Origin: the human T2T-CHM13v2.0 reference genome, Homo sapiens
Direction: 5' to 3' (one strand)
Assembly (NCBI RefSeq): GCF_009914755.1
Contig: NC_060930.1
Length of the DNA: 64,000 bases
Part shown: positions 12,094-26,803 of the stretch, piece after piece
Numbering within the stretch: position 1 is the stretch's first letter
Layout: the number at the start of each line of letters is the position of its first letter
Notes under the pieces: model-generated
The model's database searches: none
Told to the model about the DNA's origin: nothing
Seen by the model: the letters and a program-made list of their open reading frames with translations, nothing else
Position numbers and translations under genes: made by a program

Positions 12094-13927
12094 CATTGGT
12101 TTGGGGGTTTCTGGAGTTGGCTGCTTAATATGATTAGATCCAAAAATGCTAAAGACTCTATTTCTAATAGTATGGAGAATACTGATAGCCCTTGGCGTGA
12201 GCTGTTTAGACAGTTATCCAAAATAAATGCATCTGACACTCCTGATTCATTGCTTGTGAGAGGCAAGGAGTTTAGTGACTCTCTCTCTATATAATACCTT
12301 TTACCATATGTGGAGAACCAAAGAACATAATAAAGCTGGTTGGTTGCTCCTAAGTTCAGTGTACAAAGTGATGAAAGAAAATGATGAACTCAGGGATTCT
12401 GTCTCCTGGCTTCAGACACAGATTCTGAGCCTCAAATCTCCCAAGATTGCCCAGAGTGAGAGTGTTATCTCCTACAGAGAAAGACCTGAAATTGTGGAAA
12501 AACAGACACAAGCCCTTATCATGCTAGTGGCTGACCTACAATGAAAGGTGCATGCACAGCCTCATCAGATGCCTACTGTTAAAGTGAGGGCATTGATTGG
12601 AAAATAATGGGACTCTGCAGCTTGGAATGGGGATTGTGGGTGGACCCTGATGAAGCTGGGGACATTGAGTTTATAAACTCTGATGAAACTTTTTTGTCAG
12701 AAGAAACAGCATCCCCTTCCCCAGTAGTGGCAACGTCCCCTCCCCACTCATCAGACTTTCCACCTCTGTCTAGGAAGATGAACCCTGCGCTGCCTAAGGC
12801 AACAGTAGTGGCAACATCCCCTCCCGACTCATCAGCCTTTCCACCTCTGTCTGGGAAGATGAACCCTGTGCTGCCTAAGGCAACAGTGGTGGCCTCCCCT
12901 GAGGCAGTTGCCAGGCAGGATAATGTTGATTCTCCTTTTCTCCTTGAGCCACCCCCAACATCCCTGTCTGCTTCTAGACCTAGAAGAAGACTAAAGTCCC
13001 AGTGGGCCCCTAGAGGTGAGGTTGAGAATGTGACCCATGAGGAGGTATGCTACACTAAAAAAAAAAAAAAAAAAAAACTGCTTGAGTTTTCTAATATTTA
13101 TAAATAGAAATCTGGACAACAGGCGTGGGAATCAATATATTCAGGGTGTGCGATAAGGGTGGATGGCACATAGAGTTGGATCAGGCTGAATTTATTGATT
13201 TGGGTCCACTAAGCAGAGACTCTGCATTTAATGTTGCAGTTCGGGGAATTAAAAAAAAAAAGGTCCTAATAGTTTATTTGCTTGGTTAGCTGAAATATGG
13301 ATTAAAAGATGGCCCACCGTAAGTGAGCTGGAAATGCCTGATCTCACTTGGTTTAACGTAGAGGAAGGGATCTAAAGGTTTAGGAAGATCGGTATGGCTG
13401 AGTGGATTACTCACTTTAGACCTACTCATCCGAGCTGGGAGGGTCCAGAAGATATACCCTTGACCAATGCTTTGTGAAATAGATTTGTGAGGGTAGCACC
13501 TGCATCTTTGAAGAGCCTTATACTTGCTCCTCTGTGTATGTCAGATCTAACAGTGGGAACTGCAGTCACTCAACTACAAAATTTAAATACAATGGGGATA
13601 ATTGGATCTTGAGGTGGCAGGGACCAAGTGGCAGCACTCAACCATCAAAAGCAAGGTGGTCACAGCTACTGGAATAGACACCAGAGGCAAAGCGGCAATC
13701 AGAATAGTCTGACTCGTGTAGAGTTCTGGCATTGTCTAATTAATTACAGTGTTCTTAGAAGTGAAACTGATAGGAAACCTACTGCACTCCTACTTAACTA
13801 ACATAAAGAACAAACTTCTACGTCCAATGGACAAAAGGCTAATTCGAATTATAAAAACAGATAATCATAGCCCCTCAGTCAATTTCCAGACTTGAGGCAG
13901 TTTACAGACCCGGAACCCCTTGAATGA
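12092..13927 (+). pseudogene. gag: HERV-L gag remnant
   Basis: Fragments HMWRTKEHNKAGWLLLSS and DPDEAGDIEFINSDE, homologous to copy 2; stops and frameshifts. Confidence 0.85.
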
Positions 13928-16900
13928 AGGTGAGGCAGGTCTCCATGAGGAAGGACCCCACTACATTACCAACAATTGGTGTAATGAATATTTCTCCCAT
14001 CTTTCCTCAAGGAGACCTCTGGTCTTTTACTAGGGTAACTGTGCACTGGGGAAAAAGAAATGACCCAACATTTTGGGGTCTACAGGACAGTGGCTCTGAG
14101 CTAATGTTGATTCCAGGGGACCCAAAACATCATTGTGATCCTCCAGTTAAAGCCAGGGCTTAAGGAGGTCAGGTAATTAATGGAGTTTTAGCTCAGGTCT
14201 GACTTACATGGGGCCCAGTGGGTCCCCAGACTCATCCTGTGGTCATTTCCCCAGTGCCAGAATGCATAACTGGCATAGACATACTTAGTAGCTGGCAGAA
14301 CCCCAACATTGGCTACCCGACTGGTAGGATGAGTGCTATTATGGTGAGAAAGGCCAAATGAAAGCCATTAGGGCTGCCCCTACCTGGAAAAATAGTAAAT
14401 CAAAAACAATATTCCATCCCTGGAGGGATAACAGAGATTAGTGCCACTATCAAGGACTTGAAAGATTCAGGGATGGTGATTCCCACCACGTGCTCGTTCA
14501 ACTCTTCCATTTGGCCTGTGCAGAAGACAGATGGATCTTGGAGAATGACAGTGGATTATCATAAGCTTAACCAAGTGGTGACTCCAATTGCAGCTGCTAT
14601 ACAAGATGTGGTTTCATTGCTTGAGCAAATTAACACATCTCCTGGTACCTGGTATGCATCCACTGACATGGCAAATGCCTTTTTCCCCATTCCTGTCCAT
14701 AAGGCCCATCAGAAGCAATTTGCCTTCAGCTGGTAAGGCCAGCAATAACCTTCAATTTCCTACCTCATGAGTATATCAACTCTCTGGCTTTGTGTCATAA
14801 TCTTATTCGGGGAGACCTTGATTGTTTTTGGCTTCCCAAATATATCACACTGATCCATTAAATTGATGACATTATGCTGCTTGGATCCAGTTCAAGAAGT
14901 ACCAAACACACTGCACTTATTGGTGAGACGTTTACATGCCAGAGGATGGGAAATAAATCCAACTAAAATTCAGGGAACTTCTACCTTAGTAAAATTTCTA
15001 AGGGCCCAGTGGTGTGGGGCCTGTTGAGATATTCCTTCTAAGGTGAAGGATAAGTTGCTGCATTTGGCGCCTCCTACAACCAAGAAAGAGGCACAATGCC
15101 TAGTAGACCTATTTGGATTTGGGGGCAACACATTCTTCATTTGTGTTACTCTGGCCCATTTGTCAAGTGACCCAAAAGCCTGCCAGTTTTGAGTCGGGTT
15201 CACTGCAGGAGAAGGCTCTGCAATAGGTCCAAGCTGCTGTGCAAGCTGCTCTGCCACTTGGGCCATATAAGCCAGCAGATCCAATGGTGTTTGTGGTGTC
15301 AGTGGCAGATAGGGATGCTGCTTGGAGCCTTTGGCAGGCCCTGATAGGTGAATTACAGCGGAGGCTTCTAGGATTTTGGAGCAAGGTGCTGCCATCTTCT
15401 GCAGATAACTACTCTCCTTTTGAGAGACACCTCTTGGCCTGTTACTGGGCTTTGATGGAAACTGAATGTTTGACTATGGATCATCAACTCACCATGTGAC
15501 CTGAACTGCCTATCATGAACTGGGTGCTTTCTGACCCATCTAGCCATCAGGTGGGTGGTGCACTGCAAATTCCATCATCAAATGGAAGTGGTATATATGT
15601 GATCTGGCTTGAGCAGGTATATCCTGAAGGTAAGTGACATGAGGAAGTGGCTCAAATGCCCATGGTCTCCACTCCTGCCACCCTGCCTTCTCTTCTCCAG
15701 CCTGCACTGATGGCTTCTTGGGGAATTTCCTATGATCCGTTGACAGAAGAAGAGAAGACTAGAGCCTGGTTCACAGATGGCTCTGCATGATTTTCAGGGA
15801 GTACCCAAAAGTGGACAGCTGCTGCACTACCGTCCCTTTCTAGGAAATCCCTGAAGGACAGTGCTGAAGGGAAATCTTCCCAGTGGGCAGAACTTTAAGC
15901 AGTGCACCTGGTTGTGCACTTTGAATGGTATATATTTGATATATAATTGCAGATGTGTGATTATATATTGATTTCTGGGCTGTAGCCAATGGTTTGGCTG
16001 GTCAGGGACTTGGAAGAAGCATGATTGGAAAATTGGTGACAAAGAGATTTGGGGAAGAGGTATGTAGATAGACTTCTCTGAGTGGTCGAAAACTGAAGAT
16101 CTTTATATCCTATATGAGTGCTCACCAATGGGTAACCTCAGCAGAGAAGGATTTTAATAATCAAGTGGATAAGATGACCTGTTCTGTGGACAACACTCAG
16201 CCTCTTTCCCCAGCCACCCCTGTCATTGCACAATGAGCCCACGAGCAATGTGGCCATGGTGGCAGGGACAGAGGTTATGCAGGGGCTCAGCAACATGGAC
16301 TTCCACTCACCAAGGCTGACCTGGCTACAGCCACTGCTGAGTGCCCAAGTTTCCAGCAGCAGAAACCAACACTGAGCCCTTGATATGGTACAATTCCTCG
16401 GGTGATCAGCCAGCTACCTGGTGGCAATTTGATTATATTGGACCTCTTCCATCATGGAATGGGCAGTGGTTTGTCCTCACTGGAATTGACACTTCCACTG
16501 GATATGGCTTTGCCTATTGTGCATGCAATGCTTCTTCCAAGACTACCATCCGTGGACTCATGGAATGCCTTATCCACTGTCATGGTATTCCACACAGCAT
16601 TGTCTCTGTCCAAGGCACTCACTTCGTGGCTAGAGAAGTGCAGCAGTGGGCTTATGCTCATAGAATTCACTGGTCTTACCATGTTCCATAAAATCCTGAA
16701 GCAGCTGGATTGATAAAATAGTAGAATGGCCATTTGAGGTGACAATTACAATGCCAACTAGGTGACAATACTTTGCAGGGCTGGGGCAAAGTTTTCCAGA
16801 AGGCCATGTATGCTATGAATCAGCATCCAATATATGGTACTATTTCTCCCATAACCAGGATTCATGGGTCCAGGAATCAAGGGGTGGAAGCACCATTCAC

Positions 16901-17260
16901 TATCATCCCTGGTGATCCACTAGCAAAATTTTTGCTTCCTGTTGCTGTGACATTACATTCTGCTGGCCTAGAGGTCTTAGTTCCAGAGGGAGAAATGCTG
17001 CCACTAGGAGACACAACAATGATTCCAATGAACTGGAAGTAAAGATTGCCACCTGGACACTTTGGGCTCCCCCTACCTTTAAGTCAACCAGGCTAAGAAG
17101 GGAGTTACAAGTGTTGGCTGGGGTGACTGACCCAGACTATCAAGAAGAAATCAGTCTACTACTCTATAGCAGAGGTAAGGAAGAGCATGCTTAAAACACA
17201 GGAGATCCATTAGGGCATCTCTTAGTATCACCATGCCCTGTGATTAAGGTCAATGGGAAA
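13928..17260 (+). pseudogene. pol: HERV-L pro-pol remnant (protease, RT, RNase H, integrase) plus dUTPase
   Basis: DSGSE protease; [21 protein letters not shown]; FTDGSA RNase H; WQFDYIGPLP..LTGIDT integrase; SAGLEV..IPMNWK dUTPase; YIDD mutated to *IDD. Confidence 0.92.
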
Positions 17261-17767
17261 CTACAACAACCCAATCCAGGCAGGACTGCAAATGACCCAG
17301 AACCTTCAGGAATGATGGTTTTTGTCACTCCACTAGGAAAAAATCCATGAGCTGCTAAGGTACTTGCTGAAGACAAAGGAAATACAGAATGGGTAGTAGA
17401 AAAGGGTAGTCATCAATACCAGCTACAATCATGTGACCAGCTGCAGATATGAGGATTGTGATTGTCATGAGTATTTCCTCCTTCTTTTGTTAAGAACATG
17501 TTTGTGAATGTACACACTTGTACTAAAAAAAAATCTTATATATCCTTTCTCCTTTATGATGTGACATAAGATTTATTGACTTACATCAGCATTTAAGTGT
17601 TGTTAACTTTATGTGATAGTATTTGGATTAGGGATTGGTGTGTTTTCAGTTGTATTAGGATAGTTGTATTATGTTAGGTGTAATTATGACCTTATTATTG
17701 TCTTTATTTGAAGATTATGTATGATCGCAGGAGTTGTATATGGGTTCCAGTTGACAAGGGGTGAACT

Positions 17768-18344
<577 letters not shown>

Positions 18345-18554
18345 TATAGGATTCACAGTTTTGGTCCAAGCCTAAGCAGAGTTGAAAAATTTAACAGTTG
18401 TACTATTTCCATCTTTCCATCATTAATAAGCCTTCCAGGAATTGTTTTGATTTTTCAAATGTATTTATTACCACCTTGTTAAGGACCTTTCCAAGGTTTG
18501 ATGTACATATGTCAGACACCCAGGTCATTCTAGGACTGTTAAATGATGTGAACT

Positions 18555-18712
18555 AGTGGTTCACAAATGTAAGAATCATAAGAATCCGCTAAAGGAGTTT
18601 GCTAAAATTTTTAATTCCTGGTGACATCCATAGAAATTTTGATTTAATACATCCTGGTTGTTATATGCTCTCAGCCTGATTCTGATGCACTGCCAGCCTT
18701 GAAAAACACTGC
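18555..18712. mobile_element. MER5-like hAT-Charlie DNA element
   Basis: tagtggttcacaa...gattctgatgca...ttgaaaaacactg termini. Confidence 0.55.
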
Positions 18713-18783
18713 ACTGTACCTTAAATAATAAAAAATTTTAAATGATGCTAAGCCAGTGACACAGTGGCGTATATGAGACAGAA

Positions 18784-21038
18784 TGTATTAGTCCATTTTC
18801 AAGATGCTGATAAAAAGACATACCCGAGACTGGGCAATTTACAAAAGAAAGATTTATTGGACTTGCAGTTTCAAATGGCCGAGGAGGCCTCACAAGCCTG
18901 TTGGAAGACAAGCCACAACTTACATGGATGGCAGCAGGCAAAGAGAGAGCTTGTGCAGAGAAACTTCCATTTTTAAGACCATCAGATCTAGTGAGACCCA
19001 TTCGCTATCAATCACGAGAACGGTATGGGAGAGACCCACACCCATGATTCAGTTATCTCCCATTGGGTCTCTCCCACAACATGTGGAAATTATGGGAGCT
19101 ATGAGATTTGGGTGGGGACACAGAGCGAAACCTTATCATTCTGCCCCTGTCCCCTTCCAAATCTCATATCTTCACCTTTCAAAACCAACCATGCCTTCCC
19201 AGCAGTCCCTCAAAGTCTCAGCTCATTTTAGCATTAACTCAAAAATCCACAGTCCAAAGTCTCATTCGAGACAAGGCAAGTCCCATCCACCTATAAGCCT
19301 GCAAGATCAAAAGCAAGTTAGTTACTTCCTGGATATAATGGAGGCACAGGCATTGGATAAATACAGCCATTCCAATTGGGATAAACTGGCCAAAGCAAAG
19401 GGGCTACAGGCCCCATGCAAGTCCAAAATCCAGTGAGGCAGTCAAATCTTAAAGCCCAAAATGATCTCCTTTGACTCCATGTCTCACATCCAGGTCATGC
19501 TGATGCAAGAGGTGGATTTCTATGGTTTTGGACAGCTCTGCTTCTGTGGCTTTGAAGGGTATAGCCCCCCTCCTGGCTGCTTTCATAGGCTAGTGTTGAG
19601 TGTCTGCAAATTTTCTAGGCACATGGTGCAAGCTGTCAGTGCATCTACCATTCTGGGGTCTGGAGGACAGTGGCCCTCTTCTCACAGCTCCTCTAGGTGG
19701 TGTCCCAGTAGGGGCCTCAGTGTGGGGTCTCCCACTCCACGTTTCCCTTCCACACTGCCCTAGCAGAGGTTCTCCATGAGAGCCCCACCCCTGCTGCAAA
19801 ATTTTGCCTGGGCATTCAGGTATTTTCATACATCTTCTGAAATCTAGGTGGAGGTTCTCAGATCTCAGTTCTTGACTTCTATGTACCTGCAGGCTCAACA
19901 CCACATGGAAGCTGCCAAGGCTCGGGGTTTCCAACCTCTTAAGCAACAGCCAAGCTGTACCTTGGCCCCTTTTAGCCATGGCAAGTCCCTAGATTACACA
20001 CAACAGAGGGACTTGGGCCCAGCCCACAAAACCATTTTATCCTCCTAGGTCTCTAGGTCTGTGATGGGAGAGGCTTCCACAAAGTTCTCTGACATGCCCT
20101 GGAGATATTTTCCCCATTGTCTTGGTGATTAACATTAGGCTTCTTGTTTCTTATGCAAATTTCTGCAGCCAGCTTGAATTTCTCCTTAGAAAATGAGATT
20201 TTCTTTTCTATCACATTGTCAGGCTGCAAATTTTCCAAACTTTTATGCTCTGCTTCCCGTATAAAACTGAATGCCTTTAACAGCACCCAAGTTACTTCTT
20301 GAATGCTTTGCTTAAAAATTTCTTCTGCTGGATACAAAAAATCATTTCTCCCAAGTTCAAAGTTCCACAAATCTCTAGGGGAGGGGAAAATGCCACCAAT
20401 CTCTTTGCTAAAACATAACAAGAGTCACCTTTTCTCCAGTTCCCAGCAAGTTCCTCATCTCCATCTGAGACCACCTCAGCTTGGACCTTATTGTTCATAT
20501 CACTATCAGCATTTTTGTCAAAGCCATTCAGTAAGTCTCTAGGAGGTTCCAAACTTTCTCACATTTTTCTATCTTCTTCTGAGCCCTCCAAACTGTTCCA
20601 ACCTCTGCCTGTTACCCAGTTCCATAGTTGCTTCCAGATTTTTGGGTATCTTTTCAGTAACACCCTACTCTACTGGTACAAATTTACAGTAGTAGTCTGT
20701 TTTCACACTGCTGATAAAGACATGCCTGAGACTGGGCAATTTACAAAAGAAAGAGGTTTATTGGACTTACAGTTCTACATGGCTGGGGAGGCCTCACGAT
20801 CATGGCAGAAGGCAAAGAGGAGCAGATGGCAGCAGGCAAAGAAAGGGCTTGTGCAGAGAGACTCCTATTTTTAAAACCATCAGATCTCATGAGACTCACT
20901 CACTGTCACAAGAACAGCATGGGAAAGAAATGCCCCCTTGATTCAATCATCTCCTACTGGGTTCCCTCACACAACACGTGGGAATTATGGGAGCTATGAG
21001 ATGAGATTTGGGTGAGGACAGAAAGCCAAACCATATCA
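18784..21038 (-). mobile_element. Full-length THE1 (A/B-like) MaLR: 3' LTR 18784-19138, internal 19139-20687, 5' LTR 20688-21038
   Basis: Two ~350-bp LTRs, ~1.55-kb internal region, PPT next to the left LTR, PBS-like sequence next to the right LTR, TSD cagaa/cagag. Confidence 0.95.
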
Positions 21039-21260
21039 CAGAGTGAAGGGTAGATACTGAATTTTAAATTGTTATAAACTCATTTGTGTTATTCTGTGAG
21101 AGGTTATGACATCTTAAATTGCTGGCATATGTGTATCTTTTAATCAGAATCTTTCTTATTTAGTAACTTAGTGTAATCATGTGAGGCTTGAAAAACAAAT
21201 TATATCTGATTGAGAACACCAAGCAATCATTGCAATTGATTACTCTTAACCAGGTATTGA

Positions 21261-21589
<329 letters not shown>

Positions 21590-21699
21590 GAAAATAATAT
21601 TCTTTAAGTATTTTTCCTAAGATTATAGAAAACTAGCAACTGAACTTTATAGTAAGGAAATTTATCTTTGTTCATAGACTAGGTTAGGACATCCTCTCT

Positions 21700-21860
21700 T
21701 TCATTGCTTTGTAACCATTCTGTGTCTCTATACTCATGAGTGGGTTGAGAATAATAATAGTAACTACTTCATTAGGGCTGCTGTTACTTCAATGAATTAA
21801 TACTTGACATTTATAACACTGGCACCTAGTAAGTTTTGAATAAAAATTATTATTATTATC
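21700..21860 (+). mobile_element. MIR fragment
   Basis: gagaataataatagtaactacttcattagggctgctg...ggcacctagtaag. Confidence 0.6.
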
Positions 21861-22493
21861 ATTCCAATAATCTTTATGTCTTTAATCAGAAGTAAGCCTA
21901 AATAAGTCACCATTCTATTAAAGGTACTGCTCTCCTGCCTTTTCCACTTAGAAACATAATCTCATCTATAATTTTGAGAGGTGATATTTGCCTGCTGGTA
22001 TATACCTAAGAACAGCACTTAATGTAGTTATTTACATAGAACTCAGTAAGAATTATAATAAACTGAAAGTATTAGAGTTTTTGAGAGGAGAGTTTCTATA
22101 GTTTATTATGGAACATCATAATTGAGCGTCTGGTATTCATTAATATTTCCAAATCTTCCCACAAGAAACTCATGAAAGCCTCTTAGACTATTGTCTCTTT
22201 TTTGAGTGCTATATAGATTTCTCTTCTTACGTTCTTTATATTCTACCAAACTTCTTTATGTGAAATTATTCACCACGTACTCTAATACTATGTGTTCATG
22301 GTGGATTTTGTTTGTGGCATCTCAACTTGATTTTCACACTTTTCCTTACATAAACTATACTTTCTTTTTTTTTTTTTTTTACAGTGAAGATAGAGAACGC
22401 CATTCTTTTGTTTATTCAGAAAACAATGTTTTTATTAACTTTTAGTAATGAACTATTTTTATTTTTTTTATTTTGTCCATTAGTTGATGCAGT

Positions 22494-22752
22494 TTCTTTT
22501 TTTTCTTCTTTTTTAATTTTTAATTTTTTATTTTATTTTATTTTTTTTTTATTTATTTATTTATTTTTTTGTTATTATACTTTAAGTTTTAGGGTACATG
22601 TGCACATTGTGCAGGTTAGTTACATACGTATACATGTGCCATGCTGGTGTGCTGCACCCACTAACTCGTCATCTAGCATTAGGTATATCTCTCAATGCTA
22701 TCCCTACCCCCCACCCCACAACAGTCCCCAGAGTGTGATGTTCCCCTTCCTG
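22494..22752 (-). mobile_element. Very short young L1PA 3' end with long degenerate tail
   Basis: ttattatactttaagttttagggtacatgtgcac...; near identical to 8196-8381. Confidence 0.93.
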
Positions 22753-23125
22753 CTTTCATGCTCTTCCATAGCCTGCAGTGGAAGGCCATATCTATGTAGT
22801 TAATTATAAACTTGCTCCAAGTTCACTGTCAGTAGAGTCTTTATACGTGGGTCCTCCTGATCATAAATTTGTTGTTATACCAGAAATTACCTTTCTCTCC
22901 TGCTTGGGGCATTACGAAGGCATCAGTGAAAGTGATATAAACATACTGTTGTATTAAAGTTGTGTTTTTTGGTATGTGTTCATTGCTGAGGGGGTTTAGT
23001 TTTCTCCTTATTTCAGTCAAATACCAGTTAGCAGGAACATAGATGTCATAAAACTTCATGTGTAATAACATCAAAATTTTGTCTTGCATACATGTAGGCT
23101 ATATTTCTACACATTTCTGATTTTT

Positions 23126-26100
23126 TTTAAATGTGTGGGTATCTTGTAGGTGTACATATTTATAGAGTACATGAGATGTTTTGATATAGGCATGCAATGT
23201 GACATAAACACATCATGGAGAGTGAGGTATCTATTCCCCTCAAACATTTATCCTTTGAGTTACAAAGAATACACTCCAATTACATGCCTTAAGTTATTTT
23301 AAAATGTACAGTTATTATTGACTATAGTTACCCAATTGTGCTATCTAATAGCAGGTCTTATTCATTATTTAACTAATTTTTTGTGCACATTAACCATCCC
23401 CACCTTCCCGACTCCCAGCCTCCCACTACCCTTCTTAGCCTCTGGTAACCATCTTTCTACTCTCTATGCCATAAGTTCAATTGTCTTGATTTTGAGATCC
23501 CATAAATAAGTGAGAACATGCAATGTTTCAATGTTTGTAGTTCTGTGCCTGGATTATTTCATATACCATAATGATCTCCATTTCCATCCATGTTGTTACA
23601 AATAACAGGATCTCATCCTTTGTTATGGTTGAATGGTACTCCATTGTGTATGTGTACTACATTTTTATTCAGTTACTTGTTGATGGACACTTAGGTTGCT
23701 TCCAAATCTTAGCTGTTGTAAACAGTGCTACAACAAACATGACAGAGCAGATATCTCTTTGATATACTGATTTCCTTTTTTGGGGGTTATATACCCATTA
23801 GTGGGATTGCTGGATCACATGGTAGCTCCATTTTTAGTTTTTTGAGGAACCTCCAAATGGTTCTCCATAATGGTTGTATTAATTTACATTCCCATCAAGA
23901 CTGTTTCAGGGTTCTCTTTTCTCCATGTTCTTGCCAGTATTTGTTATTCTCTTTTGGATATAAGCCATTTTAATTGGAGTGAAATGATATCTCATTGTAG
24001 TTTTGATTTGCAATTCTCCAATGATTAATGATGCCATGTAGTTATTATTTTCAATGGGTTCATCGTTTAGTATTTCTAGTTAGGATAAGAGTAGTTTACA
24101 CACCACAGTTACAGGGTTAATATATTCTCTGTTTTTCTGTGTACTTACTATTACCAGTGAGTCTTGTACCTTTAGGTGATTGTTTATTGCTCATTAATGT
24201 CCTTTTCTTTCTGATTGAAGATCTCCCTTTAGCATTTCTTGTAGAACAAGGCTGGTGTTGATCAAATCCCTCACCTTTCATTTGTCTGGGAAAGTCTTTG
24301 GTTCTCCCTCATGTTTGAAGGATATTTTTTACTGGATATATTAATACTATGCTAGGACAAAGTTTTTCTATTATCTTCAGCACTATAAATATGTCATACA
24401 ACTCACTCCTGGCCTGTAATGTTTCCACTGAAAATTCTGCTTCCAGAGGTATTGCAAATCCATTGTATGTTATTTGTTTTCTTTTTTCTTGCTACCTTTA
24501 AGGATCCTCTCTTTATCCTTGACTTTTGGGAGTTCCACCTGTGGCCACTACCACTATGACTGTGCTGGGTCAAAGCTGAAGCCAGCAGAGCACTGGGTCT
24601 TACCCAAAGCATGCTGTAACCACTCCCTCACTACTGCCTGTTTGCTCATCACCCTGGTGCTCTACAATCATCAGGTTCCTTTAGGGCAGTGAGATCCCCT
24701 TGGCCCTGGGTGGGCCCAGAAACGCCATTTAGAAATCAGAGACTAGGGTCAAAAAACTTAGAAATCTACCTGCTGTTCTACTGTATTGCTGCTGAGGTGG
24801 CACTCAAACCACAAGACACTGACCTTTCCACTATTCCTACCCCTTTCCAATGGCAGAGAAGCCTCACCCCTTAGCCCCACTGCCCCCACAGTCCATAAGG
24901 AGTATTGCCAGACTACCACAGATATTCCCTTAAGGCCCAAAGGCTTTAAGTCAGCTAGTGGTGAGTGCTGTCTGGCCTGTGACTTCAGGGCAATGGGTTC
25001 CCCTCTGGCCGAGGGTATGTCTAGAAAAATTGCCATACAAGTCAGGTCCTGGAATTGGGGACCCCAAGAACCCGCTTGGTGCTCTACCCCTCTGTGGCTG
25101 TGCTGGTACCTAAAGTACAAGACAAAGTCCCCTTTACTTTTCTCTCTGTTTTTCTCATGCAGAAGGATTTTTTCCTGTAGCCACCACAGCTGGTAATGTG
25201 CTGAGTCTCACCTGAAGCCAGCAAGTCTCAGCGGCTCACTAAGGCCAGCGATATAGTACTTGGATATCGCTACTAGTTATTCAGGGCCCGAGGGTGCTTC
25301 AGTTAGCAGGTGATAAATGCTGCCAGGACTAGGTCCTTTTCTTCAAGCCAGTGAGTTTCCTTCTGGCCCAGGCCATGTCTGGAAATGTCATCCGGGATCT
25401 ACAGCCTGGAACAGGAGCATCACAACTCTGACTGGCGCCCTATCCTGCTGTGGCTGAGCTGATATCCTAGGTGTAAGACAAAGTCCTCTTGACTGACTCT
25501 TCCTTCTCCTCTCCCTAAGCAGAAGGAAGGGGTCTCTTTTGGAGCTGCGAGATGTAGAGCCTGGGGCTAGCAGAGGGGTGATACCAGCACTCCCTTGGCT
25601 GCCCCAGCTGGTGTTTCAATAGTTTGCTTGCCCTCCCCGCACCCCCGCCCCCTCCAGTCCACTGTCTTTGGGCCTAGTTCAGCAATAGGACTCACCTAAG
25701 AGTTGCAGTCCTTATGGCCTAGACTGCCTTTCAAGTTTCCTTGGAGACACAGAGTGCTGTAGCCCTCAGTGGCGAGGTTTGTAGACACCCGAGTTTGGAC
25801 CACGGGGATCCAGGATTCCCCTTTGGCTGGGGCTGGTTTAAATTGTCCCTCTGTGTGTGGGTATCCGCTGAGTTTAGTTCCGTTTCCCTTTCTGCTCTAA
25901 CAGGACAGCCCTGAGTTCACTGCCTCACAATAGCTGTGCTCTTCTTCCCCAGCAGATGCTGCCTGTACTATGCTGACACTGCCAGGTTGGGGGTGGGGTG
26001 GGGTGTAGCCTCAAGGATTCAGGACTGTTTTTTCTATCTCTTCAGTGTCATTTTCAGTGATCTGAAGTTAAAACCAAGTATTATCAGTACCCACCTGATT

Positions 26101-26206
26101 TTTTATTTTTATGAAGGTGTTTTGTCGTGTGTAGATATTTGTTAACTTGGTGTCCTTGTTGGGGAAATTATCGGTGGAAATTTCTATTCCATCTTGCTCC
26201 TCCTCC
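23126..26206 (-). mobile_element. L1MA-type element with 5'UTR and 3'UTR but two large internal deletions
   Basis: 3'UTR 23126-24035, ORF1/inter-ORF piece 24036-24535, 5'UTR 24536-26206; TSD-like catttctgattttt / cattccagattttt. Confidence 0.85.
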
Positions 26207-26676
26207 CATTCCAGATTTTTTATCACATTTATTAGGATATACGATTATAATTCATCTTTCACAGCTCAGGCTTATATTATTTACTCATTCAAAATATATA
26301 CTTCACTATTAACTAAGGCAGACATGACCATTGTTCTCATAGATCTCTTAATTTAATCATGAAGATTCTGGTATGGTGTTATGAAATGGATCTTACTTTA
26401 CCTTGACATAGTTTGGGTTTAATATGAGTGTGCTTCTAGATAATTTGACAATACTTAATTAGCTGCAGAGGGATAGATTTCTGTTCTACAAATTTATTTT
26501 TAAATTTCTCTCAAAAATTAAAGAATTATACTATTGTTATCCAGATTTCTAGCTACCTGGTATCTTACCCTGTATAAACTGCAGATTGTAGTTCATTAAC
26601 TCCTGCCTCTTTACGGAAGAGTCTTAAACAAATATTTCTAAACTTATGTGCTTTTCTCCTTTAAAATGTACCCACA

Positions 26677-26803
26677 GAATTAATTAGATATTGACATTAA
26701 GTGATATTAACCTTTTAAATATTCAAATTTTATATTTAGGGAATTAATTAGATATTGACATTAAGTGATATTAACCTTTTAAATATTCAAATTTTATATT
26801 TAG
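26677..26803. repeat. Perfect tandem duplication, 64-bp period
   Basis: gaattaattagatattgac...tatatttag at 26677 and 26741, no mismatch over 63 bp. Confidence 0.97.

Noticed and set aside
13915-13935. gaatgaagg stop shared by both HERV-L copies
   Set aside because: It falls at the gag-pro boundary and is likely the natural gag stop, so not counted as a shared lesion
18804-19436. 210-aa ORF, the longest in the window
   Set aside because: Antisense frame across a THE1 LTR and internal region; no domain motifs recognised
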